A DNA stretch of 64,000 nucleotides from Thraustochytrium aureum (lineage: Eukaryota), in the NCBI GenBank assembly GCA_012862495.1, contig BLSG01000215.1, forward strand, positions 41,100 to 105,099, in the 5' to 3' direction. Positions 12,528 to 23,800 of the stretch are shown here, one piece after another. Each line of letters opens with the position of its first letter. The first letter of the stretch is position 1. The translations under genes were made by a program, and so were the position numbers. The notes under the pieces are model-generated. The model saw only the letters and a list, made by a program, of their open reading frames with translations, was not told the DNA's origin and did no database searches.

Positions 12528-13257
12528 CCCGCCTGCCGATGGGGCTGGACCTGCGCCCGCCAGGCCGTCGCCAAGGCGAGGCGCCTGCGCAGGACGAGGA
12601 CGGCCGGCGCGTGAGCCAACACCGCGGCTGGCCTGAGCGCCTGCGGGGAGGATGGAGGGGATGCAGCAACAACCGCCCGTGGCAGAACTATCGCTGGAGC
12701 GGTGGCGACCCACGAGCCTCGAGCAACGTTGGGCCGCCCAGCAAATCGCGCCAAGGCGAAGGCGGGCGAACGGGCCGGCGAACGCGCTGAGGGGACGTTG
12801 GGGCCGGCAAGTCTAGGGATGGCGACGAGAATTCGCTTGCTGGACTGCAGCACACGCGGGTCAGCAGAGCAGACTCGCAACAGCTTGCCGGTTGGCTGGC
12901 TTCGCGTGTTCACCGATGCCTGGGCTCGCCTTTCGGTCTGGACGAGGTCTCGCTCGTGCCTGCCCTGCTGGGACGAGGCGCGAAGTGGTAGACAACGTCA
13001 CGGGTTGGATTGGTGTGTCGATCGTCAACCCCGATCCACTGTTGGACAGAGCAGGCGGGCGAGGTTTGCTGGCGCGCCGCCTGCCAGGTCAGATCAGATG
13101 CAAACAACTCGGGTATGCTTGGGTATGCGGAGGCCCGCGGTACTGTTGTTGTTTGACAAGATTGAACATCAGTTCAGAACGAAGAGACTGAAAAAGCAAA
13201 ATTGGTGAGTTGGCGCGGCGCTGTCAATGCGCCGCCAATAGTTTACGTCGCCTTGGC

Positions 13258-14931
13258 TCAGGCGCGAGTAAAGAGGCGGATGAATTCGGGCAGAGAGAGC
13301 CTTATTGAGCCTGCTGCCTCTGCAATAGCTGTGCCGTCTCCGTCGTGGTTGGCGACGGCGGTCGCGGCACGGCCTTGCAACATTTTGAGAGATGTCGAGC
13401 TGGGCGTGGATTTCGAAGCGCGGCATGCAGCTGCAAGGGCACCCAAGCACACAGCGCTAGGATAGGCAGCTCCGCCGACCCTGGCCAAACTAGCGGGCGT
13501 GATGAATCCGCTTGAAGCGCCGCCGGAGAGGAGGTCGAACGCTACCTCAAGAACTTGACTTTGTGCAAAGTAGCTTTGCGGAAGCGAAGCAGCAATAAAC
13601 GAGTCCAGCGTCACGCCATTGGCGCAGACTACTGCTGGGCATTCGCCTAGTACGGCTGCCATCGTTCTGGGTCCACTCCAGGCAAAGTCGAAGCCGCAAG
13701 GGCTGGAATGGGGAGAATACCGTGGTTTTCCACGTCGACGCGGCGAAACTGCTCGACCATGTCCGCTCGAGCTTCTGCGCCAAGCTGGTGGGCCGCCACA
13801 TGGCGCGTGATCTGCTCAAGCGCGGAGAGCTGTGAAAATGCTGAAAATGCCCCGAAAAGCAAACGAGCGGACTCCGCATCTATTCTGCGCGGTGGCGTGC
13901 AATTGAGCCAGGTGTGCTGCAGCGCGCGCTGCGCTGTTGGCCTCAAAACAGCGTCCTTGGTGAGGAGGGTCTTCGTCAAGTCGATGGCATCTTCCGAGAC
14001 GGCTGCCCACGGCTCGGCTGTAAAGTTTGGCTCGAAAGTGGATATGCGTTGCATCACTTCATGCTCGGAAGCCCCGTCGAATGGGACTCGCCCCGAGAGC
14101 AGCACAAAGAGAATTACGCCAAGACCCCAGATATCACACGAGGCGCTGTACCTTCGCGCGATGACTTCCGGGGCCAGGTAAAATGTTGACCCGACGCAAC
14201 GGCGCAGCTCGGCGCCGCTTGCGCAATACACGCCGAGGCCAAAGTCGATGAGGACCAGCTGCGTCCGCGCAGCGTCGCGAAAGACCCAGTTCTCGAGCTT
14301 GATGTCCCGGTGCACCACGCCACGGGAGTGCAGGTAGTGAACCGCTTGGAGCATCTGACCAAGGAAGCCGGCGGCTTGCGCCTCCGAGACAGTCTGCTTT
14401 TCTTGCTGAAAGGTGTAGAGGTTGCCCCCGAGGCAGTCTTCCAAGACAATGAAACGCGCGTCCATCGATGCGCAAAACGCCTCGTGAAAGTGGACCACGT
14501 TCGGGTGGCTCAGTGACTGGAGAATACTGATTTCGTTTGAGATGAGCTCGGCCGACACGCCAAGGCGCACACGCTTCGACCGCAACGGACTCCTTGGAGA
14601 CGAGGCTTCTCGCGCGATAGACGGTACTGCTTGAGCCTGACCCAATTGAGATGGAAATGCCGCTTTCGTCGCGAACGACAGCGTATCGCGTTGTGATGGA
14701 GCTCGCGTGGACGTGTCGTAGCGAAAGCCCCTCGGCTCTTGCCTGAGACGCATGGAGAGGGGCCGCGGCGAGGCCCGCGCTGACGGCTTCGCTGGTTTCT
14801 CGCAGCGAAATACTGCGAGGACTGAGCTTCTCGATGAACCTTCTGGTTAACTTCATAGAGTAAAACACTGGCCGGCTTGTCTGTAGAAGATTGTCGCGAC
14901 CAGCGCGTGAGGTGCTTGCTCCGCTGCCCAT
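13258..14931 (-). CDS. CDPK-like kinase A (myristoylation-type N-terminus, degenerate EF-hands); frameshifts near 14577 and 13665
   Basis: MGSGAS start; GSGSSSTVY, VAV(K), HRDIKLEN, DFG, APE, DIWGLGV; junction then four EF-like segments across three frames. Confidence 0.8.
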
Positions 14932-15837
14932 GGCCGCGTCAGCGATTCGGTTTCGCAAGGTAGTGTACGAGTAGTGCGGCCCACGACACCGCCGTTCTCA
15001 AGTGAACCTAATGATTGCCACGGAGCTGGACGGCGCAGGCCTCGCCGAGGCCAAGCAACGAGCTTCCCACGACGTTGCTCTGGAGTTACCCTACCGACCG
15101 TGGGCCAACAATCGGCCCACGACACCGCCCTTGGCGGCAGCCAGGCCGCTGCGGTTCAGGACCGCAATTGAGTCGCCCGGCCAAGGGGTTCTGGTTCACG
15201 ATCGCGGGCATTCGCTTTTCTAAATGCGTACAAAGAGCATACCCCAAGCTGCATTTCGTCTCCCCAGCCGCGGTGAGAAAGAAGCCTTCACACTGCAAAC
15301 AGTTTTTATCGGTCAAGCGACACGAGAGAAAGTGTGGCGTAGAGGCGGACTCGTGTTCCGCCAGTGCCAAGCCAACCAAGATCAGTCCTTGCACAAGCAA
15401 CGTAAAGCCAAGCTTCTTCCTTTCCCACTCCTCAACGCGGGCCAGAAAGCCAAGCTTGTGTATTTCTTCACACGTTCTTGGCGCGGGTTCTCACCCCGCG
15501 CAGAAATAAACGGATCTATCCCGCTCAGGAGCACCACCGCGCAGAAGACTGATCAACCAGCGCTTGAAGGCGGCTCTACGGACGTTCGGACTACGCCGAC
15601 GCCAAGGCTCACGCTAGCCAGTGCTCAGGCCTGGAGGCAGGTTGGAGTTGAGAAGCAATTGCTTTTTCAAGCTCGTCCATTTATCCGTTCGCTTTTTCTA
15701 GCTCACCTTGCCTGGCCGCGCCGAGTTGGTGGGGGTCGCACGAAACAACCAGTCGCGAGCTGGTCTTATCGTCTTGTGAGCGAGTGGCCCGTGGGCCATT
15801 GCAGCCCAAGCAAGATGGTTCACTCTAGAGACCTCTG

Positions 15838-15900
15838 GCAAACAGCCTCTTAGCACGCGCAAACAGCCATTAGCACATGCAAACAGCCATTAGCACATGC
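15838..15900. repeat. ~20-bp tandem repeat x3
   Basis: GCAAACAGCC(A/TC)TTAGCAC(AT/GC) repeated three times. Confidence 0.9.
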
Positions 15901-16270
15901 TGGCGATGCAGAGTAAAGGAGAGAAGAGTATGCAGTGCTGGCCACATTTCTCTTCGCGGCAACAGCAAGCAACCAGCGGCGCACCGGCGTCAGCATGACA
16001 AGGAAACTTTAGATTAGCGTCTTGTGCTCTCTCACTTCACTCGGCGTGTAGGTAGGTAGAGCGGATTTGGACAATTCTTACCAAGGCTAGGCGAGCGGCT
16101 GGACGCCTCCAGGCCTTGCGGAGGACTCGAGCCGCGCCTTTTCCACCTCCCGTTGCTGCAGGTCTCGAGCGTAGCCCCACTAGCCGCTTAAAGCACGAGC
16201 TTGCGACGCCGCACGCCTGGCACGTGAAGTCACAGGCATAGGCAGAGTAGATTAGGAATTAACGCTGCAG

Positions 16271-18370
16271 CTAGCTGCGCTTGTCGTCTGCGAGGACAGC
16301 GCTTTGGACTGGCTCTGCGGGCATAATACACGCCGCGCCTTTGAGCGAGCCTCCCTTTGACTCCGCTTTCTCGTCGGCGAGACCCACTGGCTGCGCTCCA
16401 AGCGCGGGTTCGTCGTTGTCCTCCTTTGCAACTGCATTGACTAGTTCTTCGCCGTAGCTCGGCCTGGAGTTGCACGTGCTGGCCTCTGTCTCAATTTGTG
16501 GCTCGCTTTGGCGCAGGGCGATGGGCTCGAGCAGGTCCTTGGTCAAGCTGGGCGATGGAGAAAGCGGACCTCCTGGCACCGAATCCCGGTCCCCGGTAAC
16601 CATAGGGATCGCAAGGCGCCGCTCCTCGAGCTCCTCCAGCGTGAGAGCATGGACATTTCCTTTGATGAGCTTGACAAACTCAACCCACGACACCTCACGT
16701 GGGCCTGTTGCCGAAAGCGTGTTGGTGGACGCCTTTGCCTCGTCAATAATGGCGGCAAGTTCCTCCGCGGTGAAAGTGTTCCCAAAGAGCACGCTCAAGT
16801 CCTCCATTGTAATCGCGGGGCGCGACTTGGTGATGGAGAGCTTGCGGAAGGCGCGGTGCACGATGTTCTTGTTGCTCACGTACGCTGCCCTGTCGATGAA
16901 GGCAGCCGCAAAGTCAGTCCAGCTAAAGTACAGCTTGCCATCTGGATCCAGCGCCTCAAACACGCGCACCAAGAGGTCCTCAGACAGGACGTCCGCGGGC
17001 AGAATGGCTCGCAGCCGGTCGATCGAAACGATCCCTGGGTCCGTGCTCACGAGCCAGGTGAAGTAAGGGACAAACTCCCGTGTTGCCTCAAAGGTAAGGT
17101 CCTGCGCAATAATCCTCAAGCTCAGCCGCTTGAGCACAGGATGCGCCTCGAAGGCGATCAAATTGGCAAGGATGGTTTTGCGAAAAGCCGCCTCGCGCTC
17201 GGAGCCCGGAAGCGGCACAATTGAGGGCGCCATCTTGGTGATCCAGGGGTGCTGGAGCGCTTCTGCCGCCGACATTCGGGCCTCCGGTTCCTGGACCAGG
17301 AGCCGCGAGATGAAGGCCTTGGAATCTTCGCTGTAGTTGTCCCAGAGCTCGGGCTGGAAGCGATAGTTGCAGGTAAGGATGTTTCTGATGATCTCCGAGT
17401 CTTTCTTCCCGCGGAAGGGGCGCTTTGCGGTTAGGAGCATGAAGCAAATAACGCCCACAGACCACAAGTCGCACTCAAAGCCGTACGAGCGCCGGTACAC
17501 CTCAGGAGCCATATAGTGGATGGTGCCGGCCTTTTGAGTGAGCTGCGTGTCGGCGTCGCAGGTCGCGCTGAGGCCAAAATCGATCAGCACGAGGTCGTCC
17601 ATGCCCTGGTCGCGGAAAATAAAGTTTTCCAGCTTGAGATCACGGTGCACGATGTTTTTCAAGTGCAAGTAGTGCACGCACTGCAGCATCTGGCGCACGA
17701 GCCCTGCAGCACGAGCCTCCTCTAGCGGTCCCGTTGCCTGAAGGTGCTTGAACAGGTCCCCGCCGCGGCCCAGCTCAAAGGTGAGCAAGTACGTCTCCTC
17801 GCGGTGAAGGAATGCGTCGTGGACCTTGATGATGTTGGGGTGGTCGGTGCTAGTCAGGCAGTGGAGCTCAAAACTCGCGTCGCTGCCGGCGTCCGTGCGC
17901 ACGTCAAGCGTCTTCAGTGCAAATTGCTCCAAATCGCACCGCCGGCGAACGAGGTACACCTGCCCCTCCATCCCGCTCCCCAAAACTACGTTGCCGCCGT
18001 CTTCGGCCTTGACAGGCTCGAAGTGCTTCTGAAAGCAGCGGTTGTCCTCCAAAAGCGACTTTTGGCGGAACCCTTCAAACGCAGAGGCTTGGTTGCTCAG
18101 CAGGTGCGGCTGGTCTCGGGTCGTGGCGGTGGAGTCAATCATGTCCACCCACGACATTCTCATCGACACGCGACTTGCACTTTTGGCGCGAAAAGAGCTC
18201 CCTGGCGACCTTGGCGAGTCGAACATGGGTGAAAAGGGAATCTTCCCAGGAGGCGTCGCCAAGTCTAGCGTAAGAATCGGCGGCACGGGTTTTTCTTCTG
18301 CAAGGCTTCCGCCGGCGCTTCCAGCGCTTGACCTGCGCTTCGCCTGGAAGCTGGAGGCTGCACCGCCCAT
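16271..18370 (-). CDS. CDPK-like kinase B (myristoylation-type N-terminus, degenerate EF-hands)
   Basis: Intact 699-aa ORF; MGGAAS, GSGMEGQVY, FALK, HRDLKLEN, DFGLS, MAPE, DLWSVGV; junction LKRLSLRIIA; EF-like segments including FEALDPDGKLYFSWTDFAAA. Confidence 0.9.
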   Translation of the reverse strand: MGGAASSFQAKRRSSAGSAGGSLAEEKPVPPILTLDLATPPGKIPFSPMFDSPRSPGSSFRAKSASRVSMRMSWVDMIDSTATTRDQPHLLSNQASAFEGFRQKSLLEDNRCFQKHFEPVKAEDGGNVVLGSGMEGQVYLVRRRCDLEQFALKTLDVRTDAGSDASFELHCLTSTDHPNIIKVHDAFLHREETYLLTFELGRGGDLFKHLQATGPLEEARAAGLVRQMLQCVHYLHLKNIVHRDLKLENFIFRDQGMDDLVLIDFGLSATCDADTQLTQKAGTIHYMAPEVYRRSYGFECDLWSVGVICFMLLTAKRPFRGKKDSEIIRNILTCNYRFQPELWDNYSEDSKAFISRLLVQEPEARMSAAEALQHPWITKMAPSIVPLPGSEREAAFRKTILANLIAFEAHPVLKRLSLRIIAQDLTFEATREFVPYFTWLVSTDPGIVSIDRLRAILPADVLSEDLLVRVFEALDPDGKLYFSWTDFAAAFIDRAAYVSNKNIVHRAFRKLSITKSRPAITMEDLSVLFGNTFTAEELAAIIDEAKASTNTLSATGPREVSWVEFVKLIKGNVHALTLEELEERRLAIPMVTGDRDSVPGGPLSPSPSLTKDLLEPIALRQSEPQIETEASTCNSRPSYGEELVNAVAKEDNDEPALGAQPVGLADEKAESKGGSLKGAACIMPAEPVQSAVLADDKRS

Positions 18371-20899
18371 CTTGCGAGCCCTGGTCTGCGCAGCCTATGG
18401 TCGGAGCCTGGGCGGGGAAACGGCCGCGAAAGCCTCAGCGCGAACGAAAACTTGCGGCAGTAAACCCACCGCGAAGGCTCTGCTTGCTGGTAGGCCTGGC
18501 CTGCGCAAAGCCGCTGCGCAAGGCCAGCTATTGGCAAACGCGGCCCGCACAAGGCCACCGCGAAAGCCTCGTGCTTGCGATNNNNNNNNNNNNNNNNNNN
18601 NNNNNNNNNNNNNNNNNNNNNNNNNNNNNNNNNNNNNNNNNNNNNNNNNNNNNNNNNNNNNNNNNNNNNNNNNNNNNNNNNNNNNNNNNNNNNNNNNNNN
18701 NNNNNNNNNNNNNNNNNNNNNNNNNNNNNNNNNNNNNNNNNNNNNNNNNNNNNNNNNNNNNNNNNNNNNNNNNNNNNNNNNNNNNNNNNNNNNNNNNNNN
18801 NNNNNNNNNNNNNNNNNNNNNNNNNNNNNNNNNTGCCGAGCCTGTGGCTGCTCCTGCTTTCGGCGCCTGCCTGCCCGCAGAGGGCCTGCCAGGTCGACTG
18901 TCGCGGCACCGTGAGCACAGCACTGGCGCCACTGCTCTACCAGCAGGCGCGCGGATGGAGGATGGACACGCTCAACTTCAGGCCAAAACCGGGAATCCGT
19001 CCATCCAAACCAAAGCATCGATCGATACACTTGCAATGCAACGGACCTGTGCCGCTCATGCTCTACTACACCCCGCTCGCCCTCGCAGATTCATGCCGAT
19101 ACCCCGGCACCTTCGCACATGGGAGCGCTTCGGGGGAGATGAAGCGAGGATGCGAGCAGTCGTGGCTTGGTGCCGCTGCATTGCGGAGCTCTGCGGAGCT
19201 GAGCGGCGTTGCGATCCATCCGCCTCGGTGAGCGAGACCGAAGGCGTGCCACGCGGTGCGCCCTGTTACGAGGCAGTCTTGTGGTTGCCTGGTAGTGCAT
19301 GTAGTACGGAGCAGCTTCTCCGCTCGATCATGCGGGTGAGCTCCCTCCGTGCCAGACCTCGCGGCCGGTTTACAGTGTGCTGGGGCAGCGGTTCGCTCTC
19401 CAGGAAGGTAGGAATCGCGTGGGCGTTGGACTTGTTTCCACTCTCCCTACCTTTTCCAAGCGAACGGACATTGAAACCGCGAGGTCGGTAGTGCAATGGG
19501 ACCGAGCCGCGCTGATTTCACCGCAAGGCATACCGGTACATGCTGCTTCGCGCCAAAGACTCTGTGAAGAAGGCGTGCCAGGCGCCTCCAAAGCAGGGCG
19601 CCGCATTGCTGCAGGCCTCGGAATCAGAACGGAAACTTCCCCGCTAGTTGACACACCGTGACAGCCCTTCCTCCTGGCTCGTTGCACCGCGTGGCGTCCT
19701 CTTCTCACAATCCAGTAGGCGGATCTCGTCCCTTCGGCTGCGCGGAGCCCTCACGTGCGGGAGGCTCGGAGCTCGCCAAGGCAAGTCGCTTNNNNNNNNN
19801 NNNNNNNNNNNNNNNNNNNNNNNNNNNNNNNNNNNNNNNNNNNNNNNNNNNNNNNNNNNNNNNNNNNNNNNNNNNNNNNNNNNNNNNNNNNNNNNNNNNN
19901 NNNNNNNNNNNNNNNNNNNNNNNNNNNNNNNNNNNNNNNNNNNNNNNNNNNNNNNNNNNNNNNNNNNNNNNNNNNNNNNNNNNNNNNNNNNNNNNNNNNN
20001 NNNNNNNNNNNNNNNNNNNNNNNNNNNNNNNNNNNNNNNNNNNNNNNNNNNNNNNNNNNNNNNNNNNNNNNNNNNNNNNNNNNNNNNNNNNNNNNNNNNN
20101 NNNNNNNNNNNNNNNNNNNNNNNNNNNNNNNNNNNNNNNNNNNNNNNNNNNNNNNNNNNNNNNNNNNNNNNNNNNNNNNNNNNNNNNNNNNNNNNNNNNN
20201 NNNNNNNNNNNNNNNNNNNNNNNNNNNNNNNNNNNNNNNNNNNNNNNNNNNNNNNNNNNNNNNNNNNNNNNNNNNNNNNNNNNNNNNNNNNNNNNNNNNN
20301 NNNNNNNNNNNNNNNNNNNNNNNNNNNNNNNNNNNNNNNNNNNNNNNNNNNNNNNNNNNNNNNNNNNNNNNNNNNNNNNNNNNNNNNNNNNNNNNNNNNN
20401 NNNNNNNNNNNNNNNNNNNNNNNNNNNNNNNNNNNNNNNNNNNNNNNNNNNNNNNNNNNNNNNNNNNNNNNNNNNNNNNNNNNNNNNNNNNNNNNNNNNN
20501 NNNNNNNNNNNNNNNNNNNNNNNNNNNNNNNNNNNNNNNNNNNNNNNNNNNNNNNNNNNNNNNNNNNNNNNNNNNNNNNNNNNNNNNNNNNNNNNNNNNN
20601 NNNNNNNNNNNNNNNNNNNNNNNNNNNNNNNNNGGTCGCGCTTTGCGAGGGGGATGCAGGGACCAGGTCCCGTCGAACCGCGTGAGACGCTCGGACCATT
20701 TGGTTGCGACCACTCGACATTGATTGAGCAAAAGGAAAAAACGTAAACATTCACATTGGTGCTCTCAGGCTTCTTCTCGCTCGAAAGCAAGTGGTCACCT
20801 GAGGAGCGGCCTGGCCAGCGCAGGCCCTCATCGCGTTGTCATGTCGCGAGTCACTTTCTCGCAACAAAGGGCAAAAGGTCGCCGCAACCAGAGCCCCAA

Positions 20900-23800
20900 T
20901 CAAAAGTGCTTGCCCGGCGGGGCGCCGGGGCGCCGCGGCTTGCCCGAAGACCCTTGAGGGTTCACGGGATACTGCTGCGCCACCGCTGGCCGATAGTAGC
21001 CTTGCTGAGGCTGGCCCTGCTGCGGAGGAGCTTGGCCGTGCGTGTACGGCATGGGAACCGCACCAGCCGCACCCCCGGGCGCCCCGCCCTGCGCAGCAGC
21101 AGGCTTGGCGCGCTCCGCATTCATGCGATCCGTCTGCGCGCGAATGCGCCGGTCCGCCAGAGCAGCCTGCGCACGCCGCAGGTGCTCCTTGATGTCGCTG
21201 CAGCGAGGCACAGGGCAACGACCGTACGGCACCCTGCACTGCCGGGCGTGAATCTGCAGCAGCACCCAAATCCGGCGGCAGATCTTGCAATTGCCTTGGA
21301 TGCGCGTGCTGCAAGTGCGTCCATGCCGCAGGAGGGCCTTCATCTTCAGGCAGTTCGGGTTGGGGCACGGGTTTTGCTGGCAACCAGAAGCGTGCACCAG
21401 GAGCTGCATGTGGAGCTGGATACTGTTCTTGCGATCCTTCTCCTCCTCCATCTTCTGCCGGGACTTTTGCTGCACCTCCTTCAGTTCGTGCTGGTGTTGA
21501 ACGGTTGGCCTGCACTTGTTGCACAAGTCATAGTCCTCGCACGTGTTGCACTTGAACCAGCTCTCGTCCTTGATTTCCTGTTGGCACTTGTTGCACGAGT
21601 GGACGAATCCGGGCTCGTCCGGGTTGTGCAGGTGGTAGAGCACCATCATGCTGCTGTGCTTGGCTCGGCGAAGCTCGTCAAACTGATACCTGTTACCTTG
21701 ACACAAGGATAGGAACTGCTGCCGCGTGTCGAAGAACTGGTTGTCCATCAGAGGGTCCGGGTCCTTGGTCTCGGGCTCGATGTACGCGCGCCGCAAGACC
21801 ATCTCGTCCAGAGTGCACGGCCGCCGCTCCCACGGATTTTGTGGCTTGCCCATCTGACCCTCCCCAAGAGCCGTTCTGAATCCTCGAGAACCCGAGTGCC
21901 GGGTCCTTGGAAGACCGGCTCTTCCTCTTCTACCTCCTCCACGAGTTCCTCAGCGCCGGTTTTCGTGCGCTGGCGCCTGCTGCGCCTTGCTCCGTTCGCA
22001 CCATCCTCGCCCTCGGCGGCGTCCGCCGGAGGCGGCGGCGGCGGGCGGGGGTTGCCCATCGTCCGCCTCATTTGCGTCGGCTGCAGCATCGGCCTCAGCG
22101 TCGGCCTTTTCGGCTCCGTCGCCAGAGGTATCCATCAGCTCGCCAGCGTCAGCGGCCTTTGCTTCCTCGACAGCTTCCTTTATCTCCGGCTTGGAGCCAG
22201 CGACCTCATCCACCTCCATGTTGCCCCCTTCGAGGTCCGCTGCNNNNNNNNNNNNNNNNNNNNNNNNNNNNNNNNNNNNNNNNNNNNNNNNNNNNNNNNN
22301 NNNNNNNNNNNNNNNNNNNNNNNNNNNNNNNNNNNNNNNNNNNNNNNNNNNNNNNNNNNNNNNNNNNNNNNNNNNNNNNNNNNNNNNNNNNNNNNNNNNN
22401 NNNNNNNNNNNNNNNNNNNNNNNNNNNNNNNNNNNNNNNNNNNNNNNNNNNNNNNNNNNNNNNNNNNNNNNNNNNNNNNNNNNNNGACTTGGCCCTCGAC
22501 TTCAACGTCATCTGAATCGTTCGGCGTTGTGGGAACCGCCGCGTCCATGCTAACCTCGACAGCGGGAGCGGCGGGTTCGGACTTTGCGCTTGCATCAGCA
22601 GGTTCACTTGGTCCGTCGTTTTCGGCCTCCATGGCGGGTTTCTCGTCTTCTTCCTTCGACTCGACTTCGGCAACCTCCTTGCTTTCAGTTCCGTGGCCTT
22701 CTCGGCGTCGGCTTTCTCGGCGTCGGCCTTCTCGGCGTCGGCCTTCTCAGCGTCGGCCTTCTCGGCGTCGGCCTTCTCGGCGTCGGTCTTCTCAGCGTCG
22801 GCCTTCTCAGCGTCGGCCTTCTCGGCGTCGGTCTTCTCAGCGTCGGCCTTCTCAGCACCGTCCTGCTCAGCGGCCGGCGCTTCTACTTCGTTGGCTTTGT
22901 CGCCAGACTCGTCCGAGATTGGCGCAGCATCGGGCCCGGCCGCTCGGCGTCGACACCCTCCTTGAGCTCGCCCCGCGCCGTTCTGAGCGTCCGCGGGCGT
23001 AACATCTTCTGGTTTGGCATCTGCAGCAGCAGCAGCAGCGGGCGGGTCGACAGGGGTTGCCTCGTCGTCCTTTGCCACGTCCGTGCTCGCAACGACCGGT
23101 ACTGATGGCGCAGTGGGCGCGGGAGCAACACCCGGCTCAGTCTTGATCGTGGGCGCCGGCGCCGCTGCTCCAACGGAGCTCGCAGGGGCCGCTTGCGCCG
23201 TTGAAACAGGTCCAGCGGGCACCTGAGCGGCGGGCGCCTCAACTGTGGCGGCGGCGCCACCCCCCATCGAGGACGAAGACGAAGACGAGGAGGAGGTCTC
23301 AATGGCTGGAGCCGAGACGCCGTTCTCCTTGGGCTCCGTCTTGGGCACGACGGGCTCTTCCTTGAGTTTTTTCTTCTCGGGCCCCGCACTCTCTGCCTCA
23401 ATCTTGCGCTTGTTGGCAGTTGCCGCGATGTCGCCCGCCGCCGAGCTGGCCTCTTCGGCAGCCTTGGCGGTCGCAGCCTCGGCGTCCAGCTTCTTCTTCT
23501 CCTCCAGGGTGGGAGGCAACGTGAACTCGGGGTCTTTCCCAAGTTCCTCTTGGTACATCTTTTTGTAGCAGGGATCGCAGAGCGCGTACGGTGCCGCGTA
23601 TTTGTGCTTGATCGAGTCCAGCTCGCCCATGCCTTCCTTGTACGCCTTCGGGAGCCAGTACAGCATGTCGGGCTGGTCGATGTTGAGCGCGCAGTCGGCG
23701 CAGATGTGGTGCATGTGCACAACGAAGAAGTCGTCCTTCATCTGCTTGATCACCTCACCAATCTTGGCCGTGAGCGCGTCCTGCTGCACGATCTCGACCC

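Noticed and set aside
13258..14931. CDPK-A as a pseudogene
   Set aside because: Catalytic motifs are intact, and equivalent indels affect conserved genes throughout the window, favouring assembly error.
18834..19791. Gene in the contig island between two gaps
   Set aside because: Overlapping ORFs have no motif I can identify; their lengths are inflated by N-runs.
22696..22860. CRISPR-like or non-coding satellite array
   Set aside because: 15-bp units without spacers; variation is mostly synonymous in the AEKAD frame of CBP, so it is a coding minisatellite.
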